Shown: in pieces, positions 20,858 to 29,624 of the stretch | How the letters are laid out: each line of letters opens with the position of its first letter | Position numbering within the stretch: position 1 is the stretch's first letter | Assembly (NCBI GenBank): GCA_945949395.1 | Contig: CAMFEK010000006.1 | Location: 2,930-66,929, forward strand | Source of the DNA: an uncultured Clostridia bacterium | GTDB taxonomy: Bacteria > Bacillota > Clostridia > Christensenellales > Borkfalkiaceae | Reading direction: 5' to 3' | Length of the DNA stretch: 64,000 nucleotides | Translations under genes and position numbers: made by a program | Notes under the pieces: generated by a model | Told to the model about the DNA's origin: nothing | What the model saw: only the letters and a program-made list of their open reading frames with translations | Databases searched by the model: none

Positions 20858-21796
20858 TTATTCTTCCGAATTGTTGTTTTCCGTCGTCTTGTTTTCGACG
20901 TCCTTGCTGTTGCCGAGGTAGGTTCCGAAGAAGGAAGTACTGTTTCTCTTAAAGGAGGATCTGCTGTACGAGGAGCTGTTTCCTAAACCCGTGCCCGTAC
21001 CGCTGCCACCGCCGGATTTTTCATAATTTCTCTTGGCGGTTTCGTACTTCTTTCTGTCAAATTTTCTCTCGGCGCCCCCTCTCTTGTCGTCGCGATAAGG
21101 CTTTTTGTTCTTATCGTAAGGATTTTTCTTATTTCTCGGCGTATAGGGCTTGAGATTTTCGGGAATGATGACGACGCAACGGTTGGGTTCCTTGCCCTCC
21201 GACTGCGTCTTTAAGTCGGTACGATCGTACAGCGTGGCGTGCACAATTCTTCTATCATAAGGATTCATCGGCTCGAGCTTGATCTTTCTGCCCTGCGCGA
21301 CCGCCTTATCCGCGAGCTTTTTCGCGAGGCGCTTGAGCTTTTCTTCCCTATGTTCGCGGTAATCTTCGCAATCGACGACAACTCTCTTGTATTCTTCTCT
21401 GCCGATATTCGCCACGGCGCCCGCGAGAGACTGAATGGAATCGAGAATTTCACCCTTCTTGCCGATGATATCGGAAGTCTTTTCCGTTTCAAGCTGAATG
21501 ATGATCTTCTCCCCTTCCTGGACGTCGGCGATCTTCACGTCGAGACCGAGAATCTCGAAAAGTCCCGTCAGAAACTCGGTGGTGCGCTCCGCGTCCGTCT
21601 TTTCCGGTTCCACGACGATTTTCTTAATGAACACCTTTGCTTTCGAAAAACCGAGTCCTAAAAATCCTTTCTTTGCTTCTTCCACCACTTCGATCTCTGC
21701 CTCTTCCGCGGTAATGCCGAGAGCCTTCAACCCCTCTTCGATCGCTTCCTGGGTGGTTTTTCCGGTAAATTCCCCGGACAACACTTCGTTACTCAT
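20858..21796 (-). CDS. jag: Jag/KhpB RNA-binding protein (Jag_N, KH and R3H domains).
   Basis: Downstream of yidC in the conserved rnpA-yidC-jag arrangement. The KH/R3H region is in the central to C-terminal part (…IVHATLYDRTDLKTQSEGKEPNRCVVI…). Confidence 0.85.
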   Translation of the reverse strand: MSNEVLSGEFTGKTTQEAIEEGLKALGITAEEAEIEVVEEAKKGFLGLGFSKAKVFIKKIVVEPEKTDAERTTEFLTGLFEILGLDVKIADVQEGEKIIIQLETEKTSDIIGKKGEILDSIQSLAGAVANIGREEYKRVVVDCEDYREHREEKLKRLAKKLADKAVAQGRKIKLEPMNPYDRRIVHATLYDRTDLKTQSEGKEPNRCVVIIPENLKPYTPRNKKNPYDKNKKPYRDDKRGGAERKFDRKKYETAKRNYEKSGGGSGTGTGLGNSSSYSRSSFKRNSTSFFGTYLGNSKDVENKTTENNNSEE

Positions 21797-21813
21797 ATAT
21801 GGTTCTCCTTATA

Positions 21814-23073
21814 TTATTTATCTTTCTTTGCAAACGTTTTTCTCTCGTATTTCTTTTCGAGGTTTTTCTGTTCCTTCTTGCGGAACGCCTTATCCACGAA
21901 TACCTGACTTATCAGCATCGTGATAATCGAGTAGGCGCTGGAAACGACCATGTAGATGGAGAATGCGCCCGAATAACTGAACGCAAAGATACCGAACATG
22001 ACGGGCATGATGATGAGCATCATCTTCTGCGTGCTTGCCGCCTGTCCGTCCACGCTGCCCAAATCGTTTTGCGCCTTTTGGCTCTTCATGGCGATGAACT
22101 GCGATAGGAACATCAACCCGATGGAGAGGGCTACCAAAATAAAGTAACCGTTATGGTCTACCTTCTCCTCGGCGAGGTTGGCGGTGATGGCGTTATACGT
22201 CTCCTCGGAGATGACGTCCTTCACGCTCACTTTGCTGCCGTCCTCTAACGTGATCTTCTGCGTGATCTTGCCCGTGAAGTCCTTATAACTTCCCAAAGAG
22301 GGCGTCCAGTAGGTATCCGAATACCAAAGATTCTTGATCCAAAGGAAACTTCTGTCCTCTTTGGTCGAACGGAAGTGCTCCGCCGCTTTTTCGCTGCCCA
22401 AGGAATAGACGTAGTTTTGCAATTCTTCCTGCGTGGAGAAGCTCTTGCCCTTGCTTTCGTAATAGGCGCACGCCTTTTCCGCGTCGATATAATAATCTTT
22501 CTCGCCGGAGGCGTTCATGGTATAGTAAACGAACTTATCGTCGCTGATACCCTCGTAACGGGTATACTTCACGCCGTTTCTGTCCGTAAATTCGCTCGTT
22601 TGAATCTTGGAAGGGTCGTCTTCGCAATATTCGAGGATCGCGGCGTTGTACACTTCCGCCATCTCGGAATAGGTATGCAGATTCGCGTACTGCGAAAAGG
22701 CGTTGAGTTCGTTGAAGGCGACGATCAGAATGACCATCATGAGGATCATGGGCAGGCAGGCGGAGAACATGGAGTAATTGTTCTTCTTATACACCTCCAT
22801 CATCTTCTGCGAATACATCGCCTTGTCGTTGGCGTACTGCTTTTGAAGTTTTTCGAGTTCGGGTCTCATCTGTTCCATCTTCAAAGACTGTTTTCTCATG
22901 GAAACTCTCTGATAGATATCGAAGGGGAGAACGAGCGTCTTTAAAATGAGGGTGAATAGAATGACGCCGACGCCGACGCCCACGGCACCGCACAGGATAC
23001 CGATAAGTTTCGCAACGGGATCGAGGGAGATATCCCGGATCGCGTTGGAGAGCTGAATAGCAAAATCGCTCAT
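21814..23073 (-). CDS. yidC: Membrane protein insertase YidC/SpoIIIJ (long form).
   Basis: 419 aa. Conserved YidC C-terminal TM core, and position between yidD/rnpA and jag. Confidence 0.8.
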   Translation of the reverse strand: MSDFAIQLSNAIRDISLDPVAKLIGILCGAVGVGVGVILFTLILKTLVLPFDIYQRVSMRKQSLKMEQMRPELEKLQKQYANDKAMYSQKMMEVYKKNNYSMFSACLPMILMMVILIVAFNELNAFSQYANLHTYSEMAEVYNAAILEYCEDDPSKIQTSEFTDRNGVKYTRYEGISDDKFVYYTMNASGEKDYYIDAEKACAYYESKGKSFSTQEELQNYVYSLGSEKAAEHFRSTKEDRSFLWIKNLWYSDTYWTPSLGSYKDFTGKITQKITLEDGSKVSVKDVISEETYNAITANLAEEKVDHNGYFILVALSIGLMFLSQFIAMKSQKAQNDLGSVDGQAASTQKMMLIIMPVMFGIFAFSYSGAFSIYMVVSSAYSIITMLISQVFVDKAFRKKEQKNLEKKYERKTFAKKDK

Positions 23074-23101
23074 GCTTTGTAAATTCCTTTTTTGATTTAT
23101 T

Positions 23102-23404
23102 TCACATTAACCATATCGCGTGCCAGAACTTTTCGGGCACGGGATCGTATCCCCCTTTGGAGAGGGGATTGCACCGCAATAACCGCCACGAACCGAGCAA
23201 AACGCCGAAAACAGGTCCGAAACGGTTCACGCTTTCCAACATATACTGCGAGCAGGTAGGAGAGTAAAGGCAGGTATGTCGGGAAATATATTTTTGATAG
23301 AGTAGGATCGCCTTACTGATTCCCCACACGATCGCCCGAAAATACACGGTGCGCCGTAAGAGAGTATATTCTTTATAAGCGACGGAAAGAAAGGAAATCT
23401 TCAT
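23102..23404 (-). CDS. yidD: Membrane protein insertion efficiency factor YidD.
   Basis: Conserved motif YQKYISRHTCLYSPTCSQY...RCNPLSKGGYDP. Immediately downstream of rnpA. Confidence 0.8.
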   Translation of the reverse strand: MKISFLSVAYKEYTLLRRTVYFRAIVWGISKAILLYQKYISRHTCLYSPTCSQYMLESVNRFGPVFGVLLGSWRLLRCNPLSKGGYDPVPEKFWHAIWLM

Positions 23405-23725
23405 TTACTTATAAAGTTTTTCCTTTTTGAATAGATACTGAAGATCTCTTTGAAAGGTTTCAAAGGAGTACTCCTCGGCGACTTTGGGCAAAAGCAGAAC
23501 GCTTATTTCCTTGATTTTATCCGCCTCGGGATAAAACGCCGCCCTGAGCAGTCGCTTGATGCGATTCCGCTGCACGCTCTTGCCGTATTTCTTTCCGATA
23601 CAGATCCCCATTCCCGTCTTGTTCGACTTTTCGTACAATATGGTCAGGGAAGAAGAGAACGCTCTCTTTCCCTTTTGAAAAAGTTTCTGATAATCCTTGT
23701 TCTTTTTAATTTTTACGTAGTTCAT
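23405..23725 (-). CDS. rnpA: Ribonuclease P protein component.
   Basis: 106 aa, basic, with the RnpA motif (NRIKRLLR). Follows rpmH. Confidence 0.85.
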   Translation of the reverse strand: MNYVKIKKNKDYQKLFQKGKRAFSSSLTILYEKSNKTGMGICIGKKYGKSVQRNRIKRLLRAAFYPEADKIKEISVLLLPKVAEEYSFETFQRDLQYLFKKEKLYK

Positions 23726-23801
23726 AAAAATAAGCTGAAATGCCGATAACCGCAGTAACTATTTTTTTTTACTGCGGTTTCTTATTCAGCAATTTTGTTC
23801 C

Positions 23802-23936
23802 TTAAGCGGAAAGTTTCTTTCTGCCCTTGTTTCTTCTTCTCTTCAAAACGTTTCTTCCTCCCTGGGAAGCCATTCTCTTTCTGAAGCCGTGAACTTTGCT
23901 TCTGGTTCTCTTCTTGGGCTGATAGGTTCTTTTCAT
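23802..23936 (-). CDS. rpmH: 50S ribosomal protein L34.
   Basis: Hand-translated from the minus strand: [44 protein letters not shown]. It is below the ORF-track length cutoff, so absent from that track. Confidence 0.95.
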   Translation of the reverse strand: MKRTYQPKKRTRSKVHGFRKRMASQGGRNVLKRRRNKGRKKLSA

Positions 23937-23993
23937 GATCGTTTTCTCCTGTCTATAAATAATAGATTTTTATTCTTTCTTTTGAATATTCAC

Positions 23994-24023
23994 ATTATAC
24001 CTTAAAATTTCGCCTCTCGTCAA
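23994..24023 (-). promoter_or_regulatory. Promoter of the rpmH-rnpA-yidD-yidC-jag operon.
   Basis: Minus strand: TTGACG, an 18-bp spacer, TATAAT. Located just downstream of the dnaN stop. Confidence 0.5.
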
Positions 24024-24027
24024 GCGA

Positions 24028-25128
24028 TTATGCGGTAGTTCTTACGGGTAAAATTAAATATAAATAATCTTTGTTTTCCTTTTCCTCGCAAATGAAGGGG
24101 GAAGTCGGGGTGTTTAATTTCAATTCCACCTCTTGTCCCTTCATGGCTTTCACGGCGTCGAACACGAACTTGCTGTTCATGGCGATCCGTATCTCCTTTC
24201 CCTCGATTTGCGCATCCACCTTTTCGTCTACGCCGCCCATCTCGGAAGAGGAGGTGATGCGGATCTCTCCGTTTTTGATATCCATGATGATGAGATTGTT
24301 TTTATCCCCTTTGATGAGCACGGAGGCTCTTCCGATGACTTCCTCCATCTCCGCCTTCTTCATGGTGACGACGGTGGAAAACTCCTTGGGAATGATGGAA
24401 TTTCGATTGATAAAATCTCCCTGATACAGGCGGGAAGTCAAGACGGTGTTTCCCATCGAGATCATCAGCATGCCGCCCGAAGTGTAGACGGTGAGCTCCT
24501 CTTCCTCTTTTACCAGCATCTTGGAAATCTCTTGAAGAGTGCGGCAAGGGCAAATCATCTTCAAATTTCCGCTCGCGGAAAGAATTTCTTCCTTGCCCAC
24601 CGCCAAGCGGTAGCCGTCGAGAGCCGTTATCGTCAAAAAGCCGTTTTCCGCCTCCAAAAGGCAACCCTTCAGAATAGGTCTGCTTTCGTCGGTGGCGCAG
24701 CAAAACGCCGTTCCCGCCACGAGATCCTTAAACTTCTTCTGATTGATGACGAAATGATTCTCGTTGATATCGAAATTCATCTTAGGGAATTCGTCTGTGG
24801 GCAAAACCTGAATGTTGGAAACGCTGTCGCCGTACTTGATCTCGATCCCCTTCTCGCAGGTGGAAACGGTGATGTCCTTATCGGAAAGCCGCAAAATAAA
24901 ATCGGAAAAAGTTCTTCCGGGCACGCAGAACTCCCCTTCTTCCAAAACGTCCGCCTTGATCTTATCTTCAATGGCAATTTCGCCGTCCGTGGCGGTCAAG
25001 GTGAGCACGTCGTTGTACGCGGAAATCTTGATGCACTCCAACACGGCTACCGTCGTCTTGGTCGCGCACGCTTTGCTCACGGTAATTACGGACTGGGATA
25101 AATCGATTGCTCCTACTGCAAATTTCAT
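24028..25128 (-). CDS. dnaN: DNA polymerase III subunit beta (sliding clamp).
   Basis: 366 aa with a three-domain beta-clamp signature (MKFAVGAIDLSQSV... LLEAENGFLTITALDGYRLA). Confidence 0.93.
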   Translation of the reverse strand: MKFAVGAIDLSQSVITVSKACATKTTVAVLECIKISAYNDVLTLTATDGEIAIEDKIKADVLEEGEFCVPGRTFSDFILRLSDKDITVSTCEKGIEIKYGDSVSNIQVLPTDEFPKMNFDINENHFVINQKKFKDLVAGTAFCCATDESRPILKGCLLEAENGFLTITALDGYRLAVGKEEILSASGNLKMICPCRTLQEISKMLVKEEEELTVYTSGGMLMISMGNTVLTSRLYQGDFINRNSIIPKEFSTVVTMKKAEMEEVIGRASVLIKGDKNNLIIMDIKNGEIRITSSSEMGGVDEKVDAQIEGKEIRIAMNSKFVFDAVKAMKGQEVELKLNTPTSPFICEEKENKDYLYLILPVRTTA

Positions 25129-25566
25129 GGTGTTTTCTCCTCCGTCGTCTTCTTTGTTGTATTATATATATAATATTATATAATAATAATAGTAATAGGC
25201 TGTGTGGAAATGTGGATAACTCCTTTTCCCGCTCGTCGAAAGGGGAAAAACAGCCCTTTTTTCACCTGTTTAGCCCTATTATAAGGCAAAATCGGGGAAA
25301 AAGCAAGCATCTTTTCCACTTTTTTGAAATGTGGATAACCCGCGTTTTCGCTGTGGACAACCTGTGGATAACTTGTTGACATTTTGCGCCCGTGTGGATA
25401 GATTTTGCTCGTTTTCTCTGTGAAAAAACTTGATTTTAGGGATTTTGAGGGAATTTTCGGGAGCGGAAAAAGTTATCCACAAGGTTTTCCACAATGTTGA
25501 TAACTTTTTCAACATTATTCACAAAACCCGCTTGTCTTTTGCTTTCATTTAGGGTATAATGGACGC
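25129..25566. other. Chromosomal replication origin (oriC): DnaA-box cluster plus AT-rich DNA-unwinding element, upstream of dnaN.
   Basis: AT-rich tract 25144-25199 (tattatatatataatattatataataataatagtaat). Perfect DnaA boxes TGTGGATAA/TTATCCACA at 25211, 25330, 25363 and 25473. At least five 1-mismatch boxes at 25352, 25393, 25485, 25495 and 25516. Confidence 0.8.
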
Positions 25567-26268
25567 ATGAAGACGTTGGAAAATCAAATCATAGAAGAAT
25601 ACGAAAAAAAGGTGCTTTCTCCCGAATATCGGGAAAAGTTCGATTGCTACTTTCACAAGCTGGTGGAATATAATAAAATGTTCAATTTGACTTCTATTTT
25701 AGAAGAAAAAGAGGTTTTTTTGAAACATTTTGTTGATTCCGTCATCGGAGAATTTTTATTTGAAAAGAACAAGTCCGTGGTGGAGATCGGATCGGGCGCG
25801 GGCTTTCCCTCGTTGCCCTTAAAGATCGTTCGGGAGGATCTCTCCTTCGATTTGGTGGAAAGCACGGGAAAAAAGTGTGAATTTCTGAAAATAATTGTGG
25901 ATAACTTGGGACTCAAGAATGTGAATATCCACAATGCCCGCGCGGAGGACTTGGCAAAAGACCCTCTCTACCGTGAAAAATTCGACTTTTGCACGGCGCG
26001 CGCGGTGGCGAGAATGAATACCTTAAGCGAATATTGCCTGCCCTTCGTCAAAAAGGGAGGCTGCTTTATCGCGTACAAGGGGGATTCTGACGAGGAAGTC
26101 AAGCAGTCGCAAAGGGCGTTCTCCCTCTTGGGCGGAAAAATCAAGGAAGTTTACGATTACGATCTCTTTCAAGAGGGCAAGCGCAGTCTCGTCGTCGTGG
26201 AAAAGAGGGAGAGCACTCCCCAAAAATATCCCCGCGGAAACGGAAAGGAGAGAAAGAATCCCCTATGA
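25567..26268 (+). CDS. rsmG: 16S rRNA (guanine527-N7)-methyltransferase RsmG/GidB.
   Basis: SAM motif (VVEIGSGAGFPSLPL) with family-wide similarity. A TATAAT lies 6 nt upstream of the ATG, so the transcript is probably leaderless. Confidence 0.9.
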   Translation: MKTLENQIIEEYEKKVLSPEYREKFDCYFHKLVEYNKMFNLTSILEEKEVFLKHFVDSVIGEFLFEKNKSVVEIGSGAGFPSLPLKIVREDLSFDLVESTGKKCEFLKIIVDNLGLKNVNIHNARAEDLAKDPLYREKFDFCTARAVARMNTLSEYCLPFVKKGGCFIAYKGDSDEEVKQSQRAFSLLGGKIKEVYDYDLFQEGKRSLVVVEKRESTPQKYPRGNGKERKNPL

Positions 26269-26717
26269 GCTTTTCGGTCGCCTTTACGGGTCACAGAACG
26301 CTGTCCGGCGATCTCAACGGCAAAGTCGTGCGGGAGATCATCGAGGACGCCATCCGCCGCGGCGCGGACACCTTTTATTGCGGCATGGCGTGCGGGTTCG
26401 ACCTCTTCTGTTGTTGGATTTTATCCCGTTTGCGCAAATATTATACCTTTAAGGTGGTCGCCTGCATTCCCTGCCGCAATCAGGAGAAAAATTTTTCCGT
26501 CGAGGATAAAATTTTATATGCTCGGATGTGCGAGGCGTGCGACGAGGTCGTGATTTTGAGCGAATTTTACTATAACGGCTGTATGCAGGTGAGAAACCGC
26601 TACATGGTGGACCGCGCGGACGAGGTCATCGCCTATCTCAACGATAACCGTTCGGGCACGGGCTACACCGTCCGCTACGCCAGGGAGAAAGGAAAAAAAG
26701 TCATCTTCGTCTGTTAA
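26265..26717 (+). CDS. DUF1273/YpsA-like SLOG-family protein.
   Basis: 150 aa. N-terminal FTGHR motif and the overall pattern resemble B. subtilis YpsA. Overlaps rsmG by 4 bp. Confidence 0.6.
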   Translation: MSFSVAFTGHRTLSGDLNGKVVREIIEDAIRRGADTFYCGMACGFDLFCCWILSRLRKYYTFKVVACIPCRNQEKNFSVEDKILYARMCEACDEVVILSEFYYNGCMQVRNRYMVDRADEVIAYLNDNRSGTGYTVRYAREKGKKVIFVC

Positions 26718-26818
26718 AGGGTGTTTTGCCCCTTATCGTTTTCTAAAAAGTGCAATTTCTGCACTTTTTTCTTTTTACAAAAGTGCAAAAATTACACTTT
26801 TCAACCGCTCGGTTCGCG

Positions 26819-26847
26819 TTGACATTCTTCTGTTTTTGAATTACAAT
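26819..26847 (+). promoter_or_regulatory. Promoter of mutY (near-leaderless).
   Basis: TTGACA at 26819-26824, a 17-bp spacer, TACAAT at 26842-26847. The ATG is only 6 nt downstream. Confidence 0.5.
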
Positions 26848-26853
26848 AGAACC

Positions 26854-27894
26854 ATGCAAGAAATTTTTTCCGCCATCATCGCGTGGCACAAGCAAAACAG
26901 AAAGGAGATGCCCTGGCGGGAGGATCCCACCCCCTATCACGTGTGGCTGTCCGAAATCATGCTCCAACAGACGCGCATCGAGGCGGTCATTCCCTATTAT
27001 AAACGCTTTTTGTCGGCGTTGCCCACGATCGAGAGTTTAGCCGAATGCGACGACGACGCCTTGATGAAACTTTGGCAGGGGTTGGGCTATTACTCCCGCG
27101 CCCGCAACTTAAAAAAGGCGGCTCGCCTCGTCATGGAGCGATACGGCGGAGAACTTCCCGCCGACAAAAAGCAACTATTGAAACTTCCCGGCGTGGGCGA
27201 CTACACGGCGGGCGCCATCTCTTCCATCGCCTTTTTGCAGGGAGAACCCGCGGTGGACGGCAACGTTCTCCGCGTGTATATGCGCCTCACCGAGGGGGAA
27301 GAGGATATTGCCGACCTCTCGGTGAGAAGGCGCGTCTGCGAGATTTTACGAAAAGATTATCCCGTCGGAGAGGACGCGCGCCTGCTCACGGAAGGCATCA
27401 TGGAGCTTGGAGAGATCGTCTGTATCCCGAACGGCGAGCCGCGATGCAAGGATTGTCCCGTGCGGGAAAAGTGCCATTCCCATCTGCACGGAACGACGGA
27501 TCGTTACCCCGTCAAGACGCCTAAAATCGCCCGTAAACGGGTTCCGCGCACGGTCGTCATGCTCGTCTGTAAGGGCAAAATCGCCCTTCAGAAACGAAAG
27601 GAGGAGGGCTTGCTCGCGGGGCTTTACGAGTTTCCCTGCATAGAGGGGGAAAAGGATATCCACGGTGTGGAAGAATGGTTGATAACGCAAAATATCAAAG
27701 CGAAAGGCGTACAGCCGATGGGGAGCGCCGTCCATATCTTCACCCATCTCGAATGGCACATGACGGGATATTTTTCGGAGTGCGAAGAGGAAGGGGGGAG
27801 CTTTCAATGGTTCACCAAGGAGCAGATCGACGAGAATATCCCCATTCCCACGGCGTATGCGGCGTTTCAGAAAAAACTTTGGAAAAAATTATAA
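26854..27894 (+). CDS. mutY: A/G-specific adenine DNA glycosylase MutY.
   Basis: HhH-GPD motif (LPGVGDYTAGAI), a 4-Cys Fe-S cluster loop (CIPNGEPRCKDCPVREKC) and a C-terminal NUDIX-like domain. The start is taken at ATG 26854. Confidence 0.9.
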   Translation: MQEIFSAIIAWHKQNRKEMPWREDPTPYHVWLSEIMLQQTRIEAVIPYYKRFLSALPTIESLAECDDDALMKLWQGLGYYSRARNLKKAARLVMERYGGELPADKKQLLKLPGVGDYTAGAISSIAFLQGEPAVDGNVLRVYMRLTEGEEDIADLSVRRRVCEILRKDYPVGEDARLLTEGIMELGEIVCIPNGEPRCKDCPVREKCHSHLHGTTDRYPVKTPKIARKRVPRTVVMLVCKGKIALQKRKEEGLLAGLYEFPCIEGEKDIHGVEEWLITQNIKAKGVQPMGSAVHIFTHLEWHMTGYFSECEEEGGSFQWFTKEQIDENIPIPTAYAAFQKKLWKKL

Positions 27895-27933
27895 AAAGAC
27901 AGACGCTCATTTCACGAGCGCCTGCCTTTTTCC

Positions 27934-29568
27934 TTATTTATTGAATTTATCTTTCAGCGATACGATTTCGGAGAGGACGAGCTTTCCGTTTTCGGTGAAT
28001 TTTTTATAATACCCGATCCGCATGAGCTGGAACTGCTTGTTCTCCTCGCTATCGAGTAGATAAGGCTCCGCCTTACCCGAAAGGATATGCTCGCTGTCGA
28101 GGTTCATTCTCTCGCCGAAGTCCTGTCCGGGGAACGCCGCGTCGTTTAAGAGGTAAGAGTACTGTCTCACCTCGCAGTCCACGCCCGTAGAGCTGTCCAC
28201 CCATTGAATGGTGCCCTTCGCCTTGATGCCGCTCGTGTCGGAATTACTTCTCGATTCGGGGTAGTAAGAGCACTTGAGTTCCACCACCTTGCCGTTTTCG
28301 TCCTTTACGACCTCGTCGCACTTGATGATGTAGGCGTTTTTTAATCTCACCACGCCGTTCGGCTTTAGGCGGTTGTACTTGGGCGGGGGGACCTCCGCAA
28401 AGTCGCTGCCGTCGATGTAGAGGGTGTTCGTGAACTTGACCTTTCTCGTGGGGGAATTTTCCTGAACGGGATTCACCACGGTGTCCAACCATTCCTCCCC
28501 CTCGTAGTTGGTGAGCGTGACCTTGATGGGGTCGAGCACCGCCATGGCGCGCTCTGCGTTGGTATTGAGGTACTCGCGAATACAGGATTCGAGGTAGGAG
28601 AGCTGCAATTCGGAGTTCGCCTTCACGATGCCCGCGCGGTTACAGAAGTCCAAAAGGGCTTCGGGGGGAACGCCGCGATTGCGCAATCCCGCCACGGTGG
28701 GCATTCGGGGATCGTCCCAGCCGTGCACGTGACCTTCCTCGACGAGCTTTTTTAGGTACCGCTTGCTCATCACGGTATTGGTGATGTTGAGGCGGGCGAA
28801 CTCGATTTGTCTGGGCTTGGGGGAGAAGCCGAGCTGAATGCCCACCCAGTCGTAGAGGGGTCTGTGATCCTCGAATTCGAGGGTGCAGAGGGAATGCGTC
28901 ACGCCCTGCAAATAGTCGCAGATGGGGTGCGCGTAGTCGTACATGGGGTAGATGCACCATTTGTCTCCCGTTCTGTGATGCGTCGCGCGCAGAATGCGGT
29001 AGATGACGGGGTCTCTCATGTTGATGTTGGGGGACGCCATATCGATCTTCGCGCGCAGGCACTTTTCGCCGTCCGCGTATTTTCCTTCCTTCATCTCGCG
29101 GAAGAGGCGCAAGTTCTCCTCCACGGAACGGTTGCGGTAGGGGCTCTCCCTGCCCGGCTCGGTCAGCGTGCCGCGATTTTGGGAAATCTCCTCCGCCGTC
29201 ATGTCGCACACGAACGCCTTGCCGTCCAGAATGAGTTTTTCCGCGTATTGATAGATGGTGTCGAAAAAGTCGGACGCGTAGCAAATTCTTTCCCACTTGT
29301 AGCCCACCCAGGTGATATCCTTCTGAATGGCTTCCACGAACTCCGTCTTTTCCTTGGAAGGGTTGGTGTCGTCGAAAAAGAGGTTGCACTTGCCGCCGTA
29401 CTTTTCCGCCGTGCCGAAGTTTACGAGCATGCTCTTCACGTGCCCGATGTGCAGATATCCGTTGGGTTCGGGGGGAAAACGGGTCTGAATCTCCGTCACC
29501 TTCCCGTTTTCGATATCTTCGTTGATGAATTGTTCGATAAAGTTAGTCGCTTCGATTACGTTAGCCAT
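27934..29568 (-). CDS. glnS: Glutamine--tRNA ligase.
   Basis: Class I HIGH motif (PEPNGYLHIGH) and KMSKS-like VMSKR. 544 aa with GlnRS-specific anticodon-binding C-terminal domains. Confidence 0.9.
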   Translation of the reverse strand: MANVIEATNFIEQFINEDIENGKVTEIQTRFPPEPNGYLHIGHVKSMLVNFGTAEKYGGKCNLFFDDTNPSKEKTEFVEAIQKDITWVGYKWERICYASDFFDTIYQYAEKLILDGKAFVCDMTAEEISQNRGTLTEPGRESPYRNRSVEENLRLFREMKEGKYADGEKCLRAKIDMASPNINMRDPVIYRILRATHHRTGDKWCIYPMYDYAHPICDYLQGVTHSLCTLEFEDHRPLYDWVGIQLGFSPKPRQIEFARLNITNTVMSKRYLKKLVEEGHVHGWDDPRMPTVAGLRNRGVPPEALLDFCNRAGIVKANSELQLSYLESCIREYLNTNAERAMAVLDPIKVTLTNYEGEEWLDTVVNPVQENSPTRKVKFTNTLYIDGSDFAEVPPPKYNRLKPNGVVRLKNAYIIKCDEVVKDENGKVVELKCSYYPESRSNSDTSGIKAKGTIQWVDSSTGVDCEVRQYSYLLNDAAFPGQDFGERMNLDSEHILSGKAEPYLLDSEENKQFQLMRIGYYKKFTENGKLVLSEIVSLKDKFNK

Positions 29569-29624
29569 AGATAGATTTCCTTAAAATTTATGAGGATTTT
29601 TTCACTTCGCTCTCTGTTTATCCG

